Assembly: GCA_963727485.1 (NCBI GenBank)
Contig: CAVSGM010000011.1
Span: 608,001 to 672,000 of the forward strand
Reading direction: 5' to 3'
Origin: an uncultured delta proteobacterium
Lineage (GTDB): Bacteria; Myxococcota; Myxococcia; SLRQ01
Length of the DNA stretch: 64,000 bases
Shown here one piece after another: positions 51,486 to 63,107 of this stretch (positions are counted from its first letter, which is position 1; each line of letters begins with the position of its first letter). Both the position numbers and the translations under genes were made by a program. Under the pieces are notes generated by a model. That model had not been told where the DNA came from. It searched no databases and worked only from the letters and a program-made list of their open reading frames with translations.

Positions 51486-51501
51486 TGGCACGGGGCTTGG
51501 A
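51486..51501 (+). promoter_or_regulatory. Possible sigma54 -24/-12 promoter
   Basis: TGGCACG-N4-TTGG (consensus TTGC), 13 nt before the inferred start at 51514. Confidence 0.45.
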
Positions 51502-51513
51502 ACGGTGCCCGGC

Positions 51514-52113
51514 GTGTCCGCGCCGCCCCCAGCCGTGGTCCCCGGGTTCCGGGCCCGGGTCCCCCGCCCGGTCGTCTCCGCCCGGGCCGAGGCCGCCGCC
51601 CTCCTCGATCGGGCCCGGGCCGAGGCCGAGGCCGTCCGCGCCGCCGCCCTCGACCGGGTCTCCGTCGCCGTCGCCTCCGCCCGGGCCGAGGCCCGCGCCG
51701 AGGCCGACGCCGCCCTCGCCTCCGAGGTCGCCGAGGCCTGCCGGGGCCTCGCCCGGTGGCGTGCCGCCTTCGAGGCGGCGGCGGTGGAGGCGGCCCTGGC
51801 GGTCGCCGGGCAGGTGTGGCGTGGGGCCGCGGTGGATTGGGGCGCCGCCGCCGCGTCCGCCGCCGAGGCCCTCGCCGAAGGCCTCGCCCCCGGGGCGCTC
51901 CTGGCGGTGCGCTGCCACCCGGGAGACCTGGCGGCGGTGGCGGCCACCGGCCTGCCGGCCCGGGCCGACGCGGCCCTCGCCCCCGGGGACTGCGTGGTCG
52001 AGGTCCCCGGCGGCGTCCTCGACGGCCGGGCGGCGGTGCGGGCGCGCCTCGCGGTGGAGGCCCTCGCCGCCGCCCTCGGCCGCGGCGCCCCGGACGGGGG
52101 CGACGGCCGGTGA
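51514..52113 (+). CDS. FliH/SctL-like stator protein (divergent)
   Basis: Ala-rich coiled N-half; C-terminal VRCHPGDL...DAALAPGDCVVEVPGGVLDGR; directly upstream of the ATPase. Confidence 0.72.
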   Translation: MSAPPPAVVPGFRARVPRPVVSARAEAAALLDRARAEAEAVRAAALDRVSVAVASARAEARAEADAALASEVAEACRGLARWRAAFEAAAVEAALAVAGQVWRGAAVDWGAAAASAAEALAEGLAPGALLAVRCHPGDLAAVAATGLPARADAALAPGDCVVEVPGGVLDGRAAVRARLAVEALAAALGRGAPDGGDGR

Positions 52114-53471
52114 CCTGCCCCCTCCTCGGCCTCCAGTCGGCGGCCGCGGCCGTGGCCCGGGCGCCCCGGTGGCGCGGCCGGGGGGCCGTGCGGGCGGTGG
52201 CCGGCCCGGTGGTCGAGGCCACCCTCCCCGGCGCCCGGGTCGGCGACGGCTGCCGCCTCCTCGCCCCCGACGGCGTCCGGCACGGAGAGGTCGTGGGCTT
52301 CGCCGACGGCGCCGCCCGGCTCCTGATCCTCGAGGGCACCGGCGGCCTGGGGCCCGGGGTCCCGGTGGTCGCCGCCCCGAAGGTGACCCTGGCCGTGGGC
52401 GAGGCGCTCCTGGGCCGGGTGGTCGACGCCACCGGCCGGCCCGTGGACGGCGGGGCGCCGGTGCCCCCGACGTCCCTCGCCCGGGTGCCCCTCGCCCGGG
52501 CCGCCCCCGAGGCCCTGACCCGCCCCCGGATCACCCGGCCCCTGGCCACCGGGGTCAAGGTCCTCGACGGCCTCCTCACCCTCGGGGTGGGGCAGCGGGT
52601 GGGGCTCTTCGCGGGCCCGGGGGTGGGCAAGTCCACCCTCCTCGGGGACGTGGCCGCCGGCGCCGACGCCGACGTGGTGGTGGTGGCCCTCGTCGGCGAG
52701 CGGGGCCGGGAGGTCCGGGAGATCCTCGAGGGGCCGCTGGCCGCGGCGCGGCCCCGGTCGGTGGTGGTGGTCGCCACCGGAGACGCCCCGGCGCTCCTCC
52801 GGGCCCGGGCGCCCCTGGCCGCCACCGCCGTCGCCGAGCACTTCCGGGACCAGGGCGCCCGGGTGCTCCTCCTGGTCGACTCCCTCACCCGCTACGCCCG
52901 GGCCCTCCGGGAGGTGGGCCTCGCCGCCGGCGAGGTGCCCGTCCGCGGGGGCTTCCCGCCCTCGGTCTTCGCCGCCCTCCCGCGGCTGGTGGAGCGGGCG
53001 GGCGCCGCGGCCACCGGGGCCATCACCGCCGTCTACACGGTGCTCCAGGAGGACGAGGCGGGCACCGACCCGGTCGCCGACGAGGTCCGGGGCCTCCTCG
53101 ACGGCCACGTGGTCCTCGCCCGGCGCCTCGCCGAGCGGGGCCAGTGGCCGGCGGTGGACGTCCCGGCGAGCCTGAGCCGGGTCGCCGGCCAGGTCACCGG
53201 CCCGGGCCACGCCGCCGCGGCCGCCCGGGTGAGGGCCCTGGTCGCCGCCTACGAGGCCCGCCGGGAGCTGGTGGTCCTCGGGGCCTACGAGCGAGGCGGC
53301 GATCCGGAGGCCGACGCGGCGGTGGACGCCTGGCCCCGGATCGCCGGCTTCCTCGCCCAGGCCCCGGGGGCGAAGGTGGCCTTCGAGGACACCCGCGCCG
53401 CCCTCGCGGGTCTCGCGGGTCTCGAGCGCGCCGCCCCCCTCGCCGGGCCCGGGGAGCCCGCCGAAAGGTGA
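52110..53471 (+). CDS. fliI: FliI/YscN (SctN) type III export ATPase
   Basis: GQRVGLFAGPGVGKST, LVGERGREV, LLVDSLTR, DPVADEVRGLLDGH, PAVDVPASLSR. Confidence 0.93.
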   Translation: MTCPLLGLQSAAAAVARAPRWRGRGAVRAVAGPVVEATLPGARVGDGCRLLAPDGVRHGEVVGFADGAARLLILEGTGGLGPGVPVVAAPKVTLAVGEALLGRVVDATGRPVDGGAPVPPTSLARVPLARAAPEALTRPRITRPLATGVKVLDGLLTLGVGQRVGLFAGPGVGKSTLLGDVAAGADADVVVVALVGERGREVREILEGPLAAARPRSVVVVATGDAPALLRARAPLAATAVAEHFRDQGARVLLLVDSLTRYARALREVGLAAGEVPVRGGFPPSVFAALPRLVERAGAAATGAITAVYTVLQEDEAGTDPVADEVRGLLDGHVVLARRLAERGQWPAVDVPASLSRVAGQVTGPGHAAAAARVRALVAAYEARRELVVLGAYERGGDPEADAAVDAWPRIAGFLAQAPGAKVAFEDTRAALAGLAGLERAAPLAGPGEPAER

Positions 53472-53854
53472 ACCGGTCCCTCCGCCAGCGCCTCGACCAG
53501 GTCCTGGACCGCCGGGTGGCCGGGGCCGCCGAAGGCCTCGCCGGGGCCCGGGTCCACCGGGACGCCACCCGCGCCGCCGCCGCCGAGGCCACCGCCCGGG
53601 TGGGGACCGAGGCCCGGGCCCGGATCCAGGCCCTGCGCCTGCCGCCCCCCGGGCCGGTGACCTCCCGGGGCGAGGCCGTCGCCCGGGGCCGCGCCCGGAT
53701 CCGGGCCCTCGACGCCGCCGCCGCCGACGCCGGAGACGCCGCCGCCGCCGCGGACGCCGCCTGCGCCGAGGCCCGCCGGGGCCTCCTCCGGGCGCTGGTG
53801 CGCCGCCGGGCCCTGGGCCGGATCCTGGGCGGGGTTGCCCGGGGCGCGCCCTAA
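53468..53854 (+). CDS. Putative FliJ/SctO-like coiled-coil protein
   Basis: 128-aa Ala/Arg helical ORF with GTGA coupling to the ATPase; assignment rests on position and size. Confidence 0.5.
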   Translation: MNRSLRQRLDQVLDRRVAGAAEGLAGARVHRDATRAAAAEATARVGTEARARIQALRLPPPGPVTSRGEAVARGRARIRALDAAAADAGDAAAAADAACAEARRGLLRALVRRRALGRILGGVARGAP

Positions 53855-53870
53855 GGGGGATCCTCGACCC

Positions 53871-55271
53871 ATGCGCGCGTGCTCCCTCGCCCTGGCCCTG
53901 GCCGCCGTCACCGCGGCCGCCGGCTGCGGGCCCAGGGTGCGGGCCGCCGACCCGCCCCCGCCGGCGCCCCCGGCCAGCGCCCCGACCCTGGGATCCATGG
54001 CCTGCGTCGACGACAGCCGCTTCTCCCTCGCGGGCACCGGCACCAGCGCCGAGGCCCGGACCCGGGCCTGGCACCTCCAGCAGTGGCAGGCCCTGGGCAT
54101 CGCCCACGTGCGCCACGACCTGCGCTGGGATCGCCTCGAGCCCACGAAGGGCACCTGGCACTGGGACCGCTTCGACCCGGGCCTCGCCGACGTCGTCGCC
54201 TCCGGGGTCGACCTCATCGGGATCCTCGACTACGGCGTCCCCTGGGCCAGCAGCCAGACCGCCACCGACCCCTTCTACCCCCCGGACGATCCCGCGGACT
54301 TCGCCACCTTCGCCGGGGCGGTCGCCGCCCGGTACGCCGGCAAGATCCACACCTACGAGATCTGGAACGAGGAGAACTCGGGGTTCCGTTTCTGGAAGCC
54401 GAGGACCGATCCGGCGGCCTACGCCGCGCTCCTCCACCAGGCCGCCGGGGCGGTCCACCGCGCCGACCCCGCCGCCCAGGTGGTCTACGGGGGCCTCTTC
54501 TACGTGCCCCAGGTGATCGAGGGGGCGGTGCCGTTCCTCCAGGAGAGCTTCGCCGCCCGCCCGGACCTGGCCCAGGACTTCGACGCCTTCGGCTTCCACC
54601 CCTACCCGCCGTACCCGCCGTCGGTCCCCCCGGAGTCCGACGAGGGGCAGGCGACCCCGGTGGACCAGATGGTCGGGGACCTCCGGGCGGTCCTCGCCGA
54701 CCACGGCGCGAAGGACACGCCGATGCTCGCCACCGAGACCGGCTGGCCCAGCTACGGCGGCGTCACCGAGGCGGACCAGGCGGCGTGGCTGGTGCGCGAC
54801 ACCCTCTGGCTCGCCGCCGAGCACGTGCCGCTGGCCTGCTGGTTCACCCTGGTCGACGGGCCCCGGACCGGGCAGTTCCCCCCGGAGGACGACTTCGGGC
54901 TCATCACCTGGGACGTGCAGGCGAACGCCCCCGGGCACCGGAAGCCCGCCTGGGACGCCCTCGAGACCCTGACCCACCAGCTCGGGGACCTCGCCGTCAG
55001 CGAGCGCCTCGATGGCCGCCTGAACCTCGGCGCCGGCCGCTACGGCTTCCGCCTGGTGAGCCGCGACCGGACCCACTGGGCCGACGCCCTCTGGGCCTAC
55101 GATCAGGCCTTCGACGCCACCGTCACCGTCCCCGAGCCGCACGGGTACACCCTCCAGGTCATCGACGCGGTGGGGAAGTCCGTCCCCTTCACCCGGGTGG
55201 GCGATGCGGTGAAGGTGGCCATCTCGCCGATGCCGGTCTACATCCTGGCGAGCCCGCGCCACACCCTCTGA
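53871..55271 (+). CDS. Lipoprotein glycoside hydrolase, clan GH-A (GH39/GH5-like)
   Basis: Lipobox [12 protein letters not shown] acid/base; FGFHPY; ATETGW nucleophile; DFGL. Confidence 0.82.
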   Translation: MRACSLALALAAVTAAAGCGPRVRAADPPPPAPPASAPTLGSMACVDDSRFSLAGTGTSAEARTRAWHLQQWQALGIAHVRHDLRWDRLEPTKGTWHWDRFDPGLADVVASGVDLIGILDYGVPWASSQTATDPFYPPDDPADFATFAGAVAARYAGKIHTYEIWNEENSGFRFWKPRTDPAAYAALLHQAAGAVHRADPAAQVVYGGLFYVPQVIEGAVPFLQESFAARPDLAQDFDAFGFHPYPPYPPSVPPESDEGQATPVDQMVGDLRAVLADHGAKDTPMLATETGWPSYGGVTEADQAAWLVRDTLWLAAEHVPLACWFTLVDGPRTGQFPPEDDFGLITWDVQANAPGHRKPAWDALETLTHQLGDLAVSERLDGRLNLGAGRYGFRLVSRDRTHWADALWAYDQAFDATVTVPEPHGYTLQVIDAVGKSVPFTRVGDAVKVAISPMPVYILASPRHTL

Positions 55272-55302
55272 CCCCCGCACCCCCCGCCCGGGAAGGCCCC
55301 CG

Positions 55303-56354
<1,052 letters not shown>

Positions 56355-56358
<4 letters not shown>

Positions 56359-57530
56359 GCCGGCGGCACCAGGCGGATCACCCCGGCGTCGAGGAACTTG
56401 CGCACCAGCATCAGCGCCTCGATCTCCTTGATGGGGCTCACCCGGATCACCTGGCTGATGGGCTTCTTCCCGTCGAAGCGCTTGAGCAGGTAGCGCTCGG
56501 CCGGGGAGAAACGCATCCGCGAGAGCTCGTCGGGGCCGGCGATGACCCGGGGGGCCAGCGGCTGGGCGAGGAGCTGCGCCCGGAGGTCGGCGAGGAGCCC
56601 GGTCTCCGCCTCCTTGAGGAGCGAGTGGGCCGAGGTGTTCTCCGGGGAGAGCTCGGTGGCCCGGGCGGCGACGAGCTTGGCCTCGGCGTACTTGCCGTCC
56701 CGGAGGAAGCCCCGGGCGCACTCGACGATCTCGCCCACCGAGGCCTCCTCGCCGAGGACCTCCGGGACCGCGTCGTAGTCGACCACCTCCACCTCGAGCT
56801 CGTCGACCTCGGTGCCCTGGGCCACCGGCTCGAGGATGCCCTTGCGGTTGAGGGCGAAGAGGCGCTGGTAGAGGGCGAAGGGGGTCGCGTGGAGGGTCAG
56901 GGCGATCTCGTCGATGCTCTGGCCCTCGAGGGCGAGGTCGATGATCCGGGCGTCGAGGGGGTGCTCGGGCTCGGCGGGCATCCGGTCGGCGTGGACGTGG
57001 AGCCCGAGGTCGCCCGAGGGGAAGATCGAGCGGATGGACTGCCAGGCGGTGCGCCGGAACTCGGCCTCGTTCTGCACCGCGGTCAGCTCCACCGCCGCCT
57101 GCACCGCCGTGCTGTCCTCGGGGACGAGCTCCTCGGCGAAGGCGAAGCGGCCGTGGTTCCAGTCGAGGACCGCCAGGAGCGACTCGCGGATCTTCACCTC
57201 GAGGGCCTGGCGGATCACCGGCTCGTCGACCAGGCCGATCATGACCAGGATCCGCCCGAGGAAGATGCCGGTCTCCTTCTGGGTTTCGAAGGCCTGGGTG
57301 AGCTGCTCCTCGTTGATGTGTCCGTAGTTGATGAGGAACTGACCGAGGTACTCCCGTGGATCGGTGCTCGACGCCTGGACCACCTTCCCGTTGCGGAGGA
57401 CGAAGGACTTCTCCGCGGTCCCCTGCTCGCACTGGAGGTGCCCCGAGAGGCTCCGCCCGGCAAGGTACCGGCAGAGGTCCGCCATCGGCATCGTCTTCAG
57501 CGAACCCTGGAGGCCGTCCATTGCCCCCAT
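56355..57530 (-). CDS. DUF4388-domain protein with TPR-like C-terminal part
   Basis: [13 protein letters not shown]...SGHL...YLGQFL...W.HGRFAF pattern; start may be 57521. Confidence 0.8.
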
Positions 57531-57585
57531 TCTCCGACACTCCACCCGAGCGGGCAAACCCGGCCGGTGCTAGGGTGCGTCCACC

Positions 57586-58176
57586 ATGAGCGAGACCACG
57601 CAGCCTGCCGTCCTCGCCCCCGCCGCCCCCCGGTGGCTCCGCATGGTCTTCGCCGGGGTGGTGGTGGCCGCCCTCGGCGGCCCCCTGGTGGGCGAGGCGA
57701 TCCAGTGGCTCCAGCCGCCACCGGCGCCCATCCCCAAGGCCCTCGACGGCCAGACCCTCGATCGGCCCGCCAAGCCCTTCACCCTGAAGGCCCTCTCGGG
57801 CCAGCCGGTGAGCCTCGCCGACTACCGGGGGAAGACCGTGTTCCTCAACTTCTGGGCGAGCTGGTGCCAGCCCTGTCGCGAGGAGCTGCCCTCCATCGTG
57901 GCCCTGAACAAGGCCATGAAGGGGCGGCCCTTCGTCATCCTCGCGGTGAGCGAGGACGACTCGGCGGGCGACGTCCGGAAGTTCTTCGGGGGCATGACCC
58001 CGGACTTCCCCATCGTCATGGACGACGGCCAGAAGGTCACCCGCGAGTACGGGACCTTCAAGTTCCCCGAGACCTACGTCATCGACGGCCACGGGCGGAT
58101 CCGGGCGAAGTTCATCGGGGGCCGGAAGTGGGACGCCCCCGAGTCGCTCGCCTGGTTCCAGGACCTCAGCAGCTAG
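57586..58176 (+). CDS. TlpA/ResA-family membrane-anchored thiol-disulfide oxidoreductase
   Basis: N-terminal TM; LNFWASWCQPCREELP; FPETYVID. Confidence 0.93.
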   Translation: MSETTQPAVLAPAAPRWLRMVFAGVVVAALGGPLVGEAIQWLQPPPAPIPKALDGQTLDRPAKPFTLKALSGQPVSLADYRGKTVFLNFWASWCQPCREELPSIVALNKAMKGRPFVILAVSEDDSAGDVRKFFGGMTPDFPIVMDDGQKVTREYGTFKFPETYVIDGHGRIRAKFIGGRKWDAPESLAWFQDLSS

Positions 58177-58237
58177 GGCCGGGTGCCGCCGGGGCGCGGC
58201 GTTTGCCGCCCTCGACGCCGGCTCTATGCTGGGCGGG

Positions 58238-60724
58238 ATGCAGCCCAAAGCGAAGACCCCCGAGGAGCCCCTGGTCCTAAGCGTCGAGGGGATGACCTGC
58301 CAGAACTGCGTGCGCCACGTCACCGAGGCCCTGGAGTCGGTGGCCGGGGTCGAGGACGCCGAGGTCAGCCTCGAGGCCGGCGAGGCCGTGATCCGGCACC
58401 ACGGGGCCTCGGTGCCGGCGATGATCGACGCGGTGGTCGAGGCCGGGTACGAGGCCCGGCGCCAAGGGGAGACCCCGGAACCGGTGCGCGAGCCCGACCC
58501 GGAGGCCGGGGCCGCTCCGGAGGAGAAGCCGGCGGCGCCCGGCGGCTTCCCCACCGCCACCGGCGACCTGGTCACCCTCGACGTCCAGGGGATGACCTGC
58601 GCCAGCTGCGTGCGCACCGTGGAGAAGGCCCTCGCCAAGGTCCCGGGCCTCGAGGGCGCGGCGGTGAACTTCGCCACCGAGCAGGCCACCTTCCACATCG
58701 CCGACCCGGCCCTCCTGGCCCAGGCGCTGGCCGCGGTGTCCTCGGCGGGCTACCGCGCCGAGCCCGCCGACGGCGGCGCGAGCACCCCCGCCCGCCGGGC
58801 CGGCGCCGCCCGGGCCCAGGTGATCCGCTTCGGGGTCGCCGCCGTCCTCACGGTCCCGGTGATGATCCTGGCCATGGCCCACCTCCCCATCCCCGGGGCG
58901 GCGTGGATCGAGCTGGCGCTGGCCACCGCCGTGGTCTTCGGCGCCGGGGGCAACTTCTTCGTCGCCGCCGGCAAGGCCCTGCGCCACGGCAACGCCAACA
59001 TGGACACCCTCATCGCCATGGGCTCGGGCACCGCCTGGACCTTCTCGGCGGTGGTCCTCCTCGCGGGCCACGGCGGCGACCTCTACTTCGACAGCGCCGC
59101 GATGATCGTCACCCTCATCCTCCTGGGGAAGATGCTCGAGGCCCGTGCCAAGGACCGGGCCCGGGACGCCCTGGGGCGCCTGGCCCGCCTGCGCCCGGCC
59201 ACCGCCCGGGTCATCCGGGACGGCGCCGAGGTCGAGGTGAGCGTGGACGCCGTCGACCCCGGCGAGGTGATGGCCGTCCGCCCCGGGGAGCGCATCCCCC
59301 TCGACGGCGACATCCTCGAGGGCGAGACGGCGGTCGACGAGTCCCTGCTCACCGGCGAGTCCATGCCCGTCTCCCGCACGGTGGGCGAGCCGGTCGTCGG
59401 CGGCGCCCTGAACACCACCGGCGCGGTGCGGGTGAAGGTCACCGCCGTGGGCGAGGGGACGGTGCTGGCCCGGATGGCGCGCCTGGTCGAGGAGGCCCAG
59501 TCGGCCCGCCCGCCGATCCAGCGCCTCGCCGACCGGGTGAGCGCGGTCTTCGTCCCGGTGATCATCGGCATCGGGGTCCTCACCTTCGCCGGGTGGATGA
59601 TCCTCGGCGGGGCCTCGGTGGCCCTGGCCCTCATCCCCGCGGTGGCGGTGCTGGTCATCGCCTGCCCCTGCGCCCTGGGGCTCGCCACCCCCACCGCGGT
59701 GATGGTGGGCACCGCCCGGGCGGCGGAGCTCGGGGTCCTGGTCCGGGACGCCGCCGCCCTGGAGCGGGGCGCCCGGATCACCGACGTGGTCCTCGACAAG
59801 ACCGGCACCCTCACCGAGGGCAAGCCGGCGTTGGTCGAGGTGGTGGGCCTCGCCGGCACCGATCGCGACGCGGTGCTGCGCCTCGCCGCCGCCGCCGAGG
59901 CCGACAGCGAGCACCCCCTGGCCCGGGCGGTCCGTGACGCCGCCGCCGCCGAGGGCGTCGAGGTCACCCGGGCCGAGCGCCTGGAGGCGGTCACCGGCCG
60001 GGGCCTGGTGGCGGTGGTCGGCGGGCGCCGGGTCGTCGTGGGCGCCGGCCGCCTCCTCGATCAGGAGGGGCTCACCCCCGACGCCGCCGCCCGGGCGCGG
60101 GCCGAGGCCCTCCAGGCGGCCGGCCGCACCGTGGCCTACGTCGCCGACGCGGGCACTCTGGTGGGCCTCCTGGCCTTCGCCGACCGGGTCCGCCCCGACG
60201 CCGCCGAGGGCGTCGCCCGCCTCAAGGCCCTGGGCATCCGGCCCCACCTCGCCACCGGCGACAACCCCCGGGCCGCCGCCGCGGTGGCCGCCGAGGTGGG
60301 CATCCCCGAGGCCCAGGTCCACGCCGGGCTCCTCCCCGAGGACAAGGTCGCCCTGGTCACCCGCCTCACCGGCGAGGGCGCCAAGGTGGCGGTGGTCGGC
60401 GACGGGGTCAACGACGCCCCGGCCCTGGGCGTCGCCGAGGTGGGCATCGCCATCGGCACCGGCACCGACGTGGCCCTGGAGACCGCGCCCATCACCCTGG
60501 CTCGGGGCGGCATCCCCGAGGTCGCCCGGGTCTTCGAGCTCTCCCGCAAGACCTTCCGGATCATCGCCCAGAACCTCGGGTGGGCGTTCGGCTACAACGT
60601 CATCGCCGTGCCCGTGGCGGCGGCGGGCCTGCTCAACCCGATGATCGCCGCCGGCGCCATGGCCGTGTCCAGCGTCTCGGTGGTGATGAACAGCCTGCGC
60701 CTGCGCCGGGTGCGGATCGACTGA
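58238..60724 (+). CDS. copA: Cu(+)-exporting P1B-type ATPase with two HMA domains
   Basis: GMTCQNC, GMTCASC, TGES, CPC, DKTGT, EHP, GDGVND, YN, MAVSS. Confidence 0.95.
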   Translation: MQPKAKTPEEPLVLSVEGMTCQNCVRHVTEALESVAGVEDAEVSLEAGEAVIRHHGASVPAMIDAVVEAGYEARRQGETPEPVREPDPEAGAAPEEKPAAPGGFPTATGDLVTLDVQGMTCASCVRTVEKALAKVPGLEGAAVNFATEQATFHIADPALLAQALAAVSSAGYRAEPADGGASTPARRAGAARAQVIRFGVAAVLTVPVMILAMAHLPIPGAAWIELALATAVVFGAGGNFFVAAGKALRHGNANMDTLIAMGSGTAWTFSAVVLLAGHGGDLYFDSAAMIVTLILLGKMLEARAKDRARDALGRLARLRPATARVIRDGAEVEVSVDAVDPGEVMAVRPGERIPLDGDILEGETAVDESLLTGESMPVSRTVGEPVVGGALNTTGAVRVKVTAVGEGTVLARMARLVEEAQSARPPIQRLADRVSAVFVPVIIGIGVLTFAGWMILGGASVALALIPAVAVLVIACPCALGLATPTAVMVGTARAAELGVLVRDAAALERGARITDVVLDKTGTLTEGKPALVEVVGLAGTDRDAVLRLAAAAEADSEHPLARAVRDAAAAEGVEVTRAERLEAVTGRGLVAVVGGRRVVVGAGRLLDQEGLTPDAAARARAEALQAAGRTVAYVADAGTLVGLLAFADRVRPDAAEGVARLKALGIRPHLATGDNPRAAAAVAAEVGIPEAQVHAGLLPEDKVALVTRLTGEGAKVAVVGDGVNDAPALGVAEVGIAIGTGTDVALETAPITLARGGIPEVARVFELSRKTFRIIAQNLGWAFGYNVIAVPVAAAGLLNPMIAAGAMAVSSVSVVMNSLRLRRVRID

Positions 60725-60772
60725 CGCGGCCGGGTGGCCTGCCGCCGCCACGGGCCCGGGGCGGCGCCGGCG

Positions 60773-61537
60773 TCAGCCGTCGTTGAGGCCGACCACGGCG
60801 CCGATGAGGCCCGCGGTCCACGCCGTCAGGTTGAGGAAGATCCCGATGGCCGGCCCCGGCTGGTAGTGGTGGGGGTTGATGGGCGGGGCGTGGAGGCCCA
60901 TGGCGTGGAGGAGGCAGACCCCACCCCAGGCGAGGCCCCCGGCGGCGATCGCCGCCTGGATCAGCCCGAAGAGCCGGGCGTCGCGGGGCTGCCTCGCCAG
61001 GCGGTACCAGGCGACCCCGAGGGCGGCCGCCGCGAGGACCAGCGAGAGGATCCCCAGGCCGCTGACCCCGGCGACGTCGTCGGTGATCCCCGCGGGGGTG
61101 ACGATGGTCTCGAAGGGGAAGACGGTGGACAGGAGCGCCACCGCGGCGCCCCCGATGCCCACCTTCGCCGGCGCCGAGAGGCCGAGGAAGTTCTGCCAGA
61201 CGTCGGTGGCGAGCTGGCTGTAGTCGTCCATGAGCTGGGACGAGGCGTCGAAGTGCCGCGACTCGGCCGCCGGGGCGTTGACCTGGGTGCCGCCGGCGCC
61301 CGGGCGGGGCGGTGCCGGGCGGGCCCGGGGCTGGGGGGCCCTTGCCGCGGCGGCGGGGGCCTTGGCGCCGGGATCGGTGTCGTCGTCGTCGAGGGCCGGG
61401 GCGGCGGCACCGGGATCGGTGTCCTCGTCGGTGGCGCCCCCGAGGTCGTCGAGGAACGAGGCGTCGATGATGTGATCGCACTTCGGGCAGATGGCGGCGT
61501 CGTCATCCACCGTCGCGGCGCAGGCTGGGCATCGCAT
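60773..61537 (-). CDS. Zinc-ribbon membrane protein
   Basis: N-terminal CPAC...CPKC, acidic/Pro linker, four TM segments. Confidence 0.72.
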   Translation of the reverse strand: MRCPACAATVDDDAAICPKCDHIIDASFLDDLGGATDEDTDPGAAAPALDDDDTDPGAKAPAAAARAPQPRARPAPPRPGAGGTQVNAPAAESRHFDASSQLMDDYSQLATDVWQNFLGLSAPAKVGIGGAAVALLSTVFPFETIVTPAGITDDVAGVSGLGILSLVLAAAALGVAWYRLARQPRDARLFGLIQAAIAAGGLAWGGVCLLHAMGLHAPPINPHHYQPGPAIGIFLNLTAWTAGLIGAVVGLNDG

Positions 61538-61611
61538 CGCCGCCATTCTAGCCGGGCGGCGATGCGGTCACCAGGGTGCCCGGACAGGGTGCCCAAGGCG
61601 GCCGCGGGGGA

Positions 61612-62061
61612 TCAGGCGAGCTGGTGGTGGCACCACAGGCAGATCTCCCCGGGCTCGCCGGTGGCGTGGGGGAGCACCTTGCCGCAGCTGGGGCAGACCA
61701 CCTGGAACACGTAGCCGCACCAGTCGCAGCGATCGCCGGGGGCACCGGTGACGTTCCGGAGCACCGCCTCGCACCCCGGGCAGGTCACGGCGGCCTGCTG
61801 GACCTCCTCGCCGGGGAGCGGCCGGGCGTGGAGGCCCTGCTTGCGCAACAGGGCGATGGCGGTCTGCCAGCGGGTGACCACCTCGGCGCCGGCGTCGAGC
61901 TCGCCCCGGGCCACCAGGTGGGCCATGAGGTCGCTCACCGTCTTCTCCAGGGTGTTGAAGGCGTCCTCGAGGACCAGGAGCTGGGTCTGGATGTCCGCCT
62001 GCTCGGCGGCGAAGTGGGCGGTGAGGCGGCGGTCCCGCTCTCCCTTGGATCCGAAGGCCAT
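61612..62061 (-). CDS. Hypothetical protein with C-terminal double zinc ribbon
   Basis: Coiled N-half then CPGC, CDWC, CPSC, CLWC. Confidence 0.72.
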   Translation of the reverse strand: MAFGSKGERDRRLTAHFAAEQADIQTQLLVLEDAFNTLEKTVSDLMAHLVARGELDAGAEVVTRWQTAIALLRKQGLHARPLPGEEVQQAAVTCPGCEAVLRNVTGAPGDRCDWCGYVFQVVCPSCGKVLPHATGEPGEICLWCHHQLA

Positions 62062-62141
62062 GGATCGAGGGTTCCACGGGGCGACCGGAGCGGTCAACCG
62101 GCCTTCCCGGGGGCGGGGCCGGCGGGGTAGGGTGCCGGGCC

Positions 62142-63107
62142 ATGGGACGACGGCAGGCGGAGACACAGGCCCCGATCCCGGTGGCCGTGGTGGGGCTCGG
62201 GGAGGTGGGGCGCGCGGTCCTCGCCGCCGCCCGGGCCCGCCCCGAGCTCGAGGTGGTGGGCGCCGCGGATCCGGCGCTGGCCGGCCGGCCCCTGGCGGAG
62301 GTCGGGGCCCCGCGCCTGGACGGCGAGGTGGCCCCGGACCTGGCGAGCCTCCTCGGCCGCCTCGAGGGTGGGGTGGCCCTGGTGTGCACCGGCAGCCACC
62401 TCGAGGAGGTGGCCCCGGTGCTCCTCGCGGCGGCGAAGGCCGGGGTCTCGGTGGTCAGCACCTGCGAGACCCTCGCCTACCCCTGGCTCTCGGACCCGGC
62501 GCTCGCCGACCGCCTCGAGGACGCCTTCCGCCGGGGCGGCGCGACCTGCCTGGGGGTGGGCGTGAACCCGGGCTTCGTCCTCGACCGCCTCCCGGCGACC
62601 CTCGGGGCGGTCATGGGCCCGGTCTCCCACGTCCTCGGCCGGCGGGTGGTCGACCTGGCGACCCGGCGCCCGGCCCTCCAGCGCAAGGCCGGCTGTGGCC
62701 TCGACCCCCAGGCCTTCGACGCCGCGGTGGAGGCCGGCACGGTGGGGCACGTGGGCCTCCCCGAGTCGGTGGGCCTCCTCGGCGAGGGCCTCGACATCGA
62801 CCTCGACGAGGTGGACGAGGAGATCGACCCGGTGGTCGCCGAGGGGCAGGTCGCGGGGATCCACCAGGTGGCCCGGGGCTTCCACGAGGGGCGCGAGGTG
62901 ATCCGCCTGGAGCTGACCCTGGTCCTGGGGGCGGAGGCGCCCATGGACGAGGTGGTCCTGAAGGGCGACCCGCCCCTGCGGCTCACGGTGCCCGGCGGCG
63001 TCCCCGGCGAGGCGGCCACGGCGAACGCGGTGGTCCGCGCCGCCCCCCAGGTCGTCGCCGCCGACCCCGGGTTGCTCACCGTCCTCGACCTCCCGGCGGG
63101 CCGGTGA
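62142..63107 (+). CDS. DapB-like / 2,4-diaminopentanoate dehydrogenase-like NAD(P) oxidoreductase
   Basis: VGLGEVG, CTGS, VVSTCETLAYP, GVNPGF, HVGLPES, GGVPGEAAT. Confidence 0.8.
   Translation: MGRRQAETQAPIPVAVVGLGEVGRAVLAAARARPELEVVGAADPALAGRPLAEVGAPRLDGEVAPDLASLLGRLEGGVALVCTGSHLEEVAPVLLAAAKAGVSVVSTCETLAYPWLSDPALADRLEDAFRRGGATCLGVGVNPGFVLDRLPATLGAVMGPVSHVLGRRVVDLATRRPALQRKAGCGLDPQAFDAAVEAGTVGHVGLPESVGLLGEGLDIDLDEVDEEIDPVVAEGQVAGIHQVARGFHEGREVIRLELTLVLGAEAPMDEVVLKGDPPLRLTVPGGVPGEAATANAVVRAAPQVVAADPGLLTVLDLPAGR

Noticed and set aside
52110..53471. F1 ATP synthase beta subunit
   Set aside because: DSLTRYARA, DEVRGLLDGH and the FliH-like neighbour indicate FliI/SctN, and no other atp genes are present.
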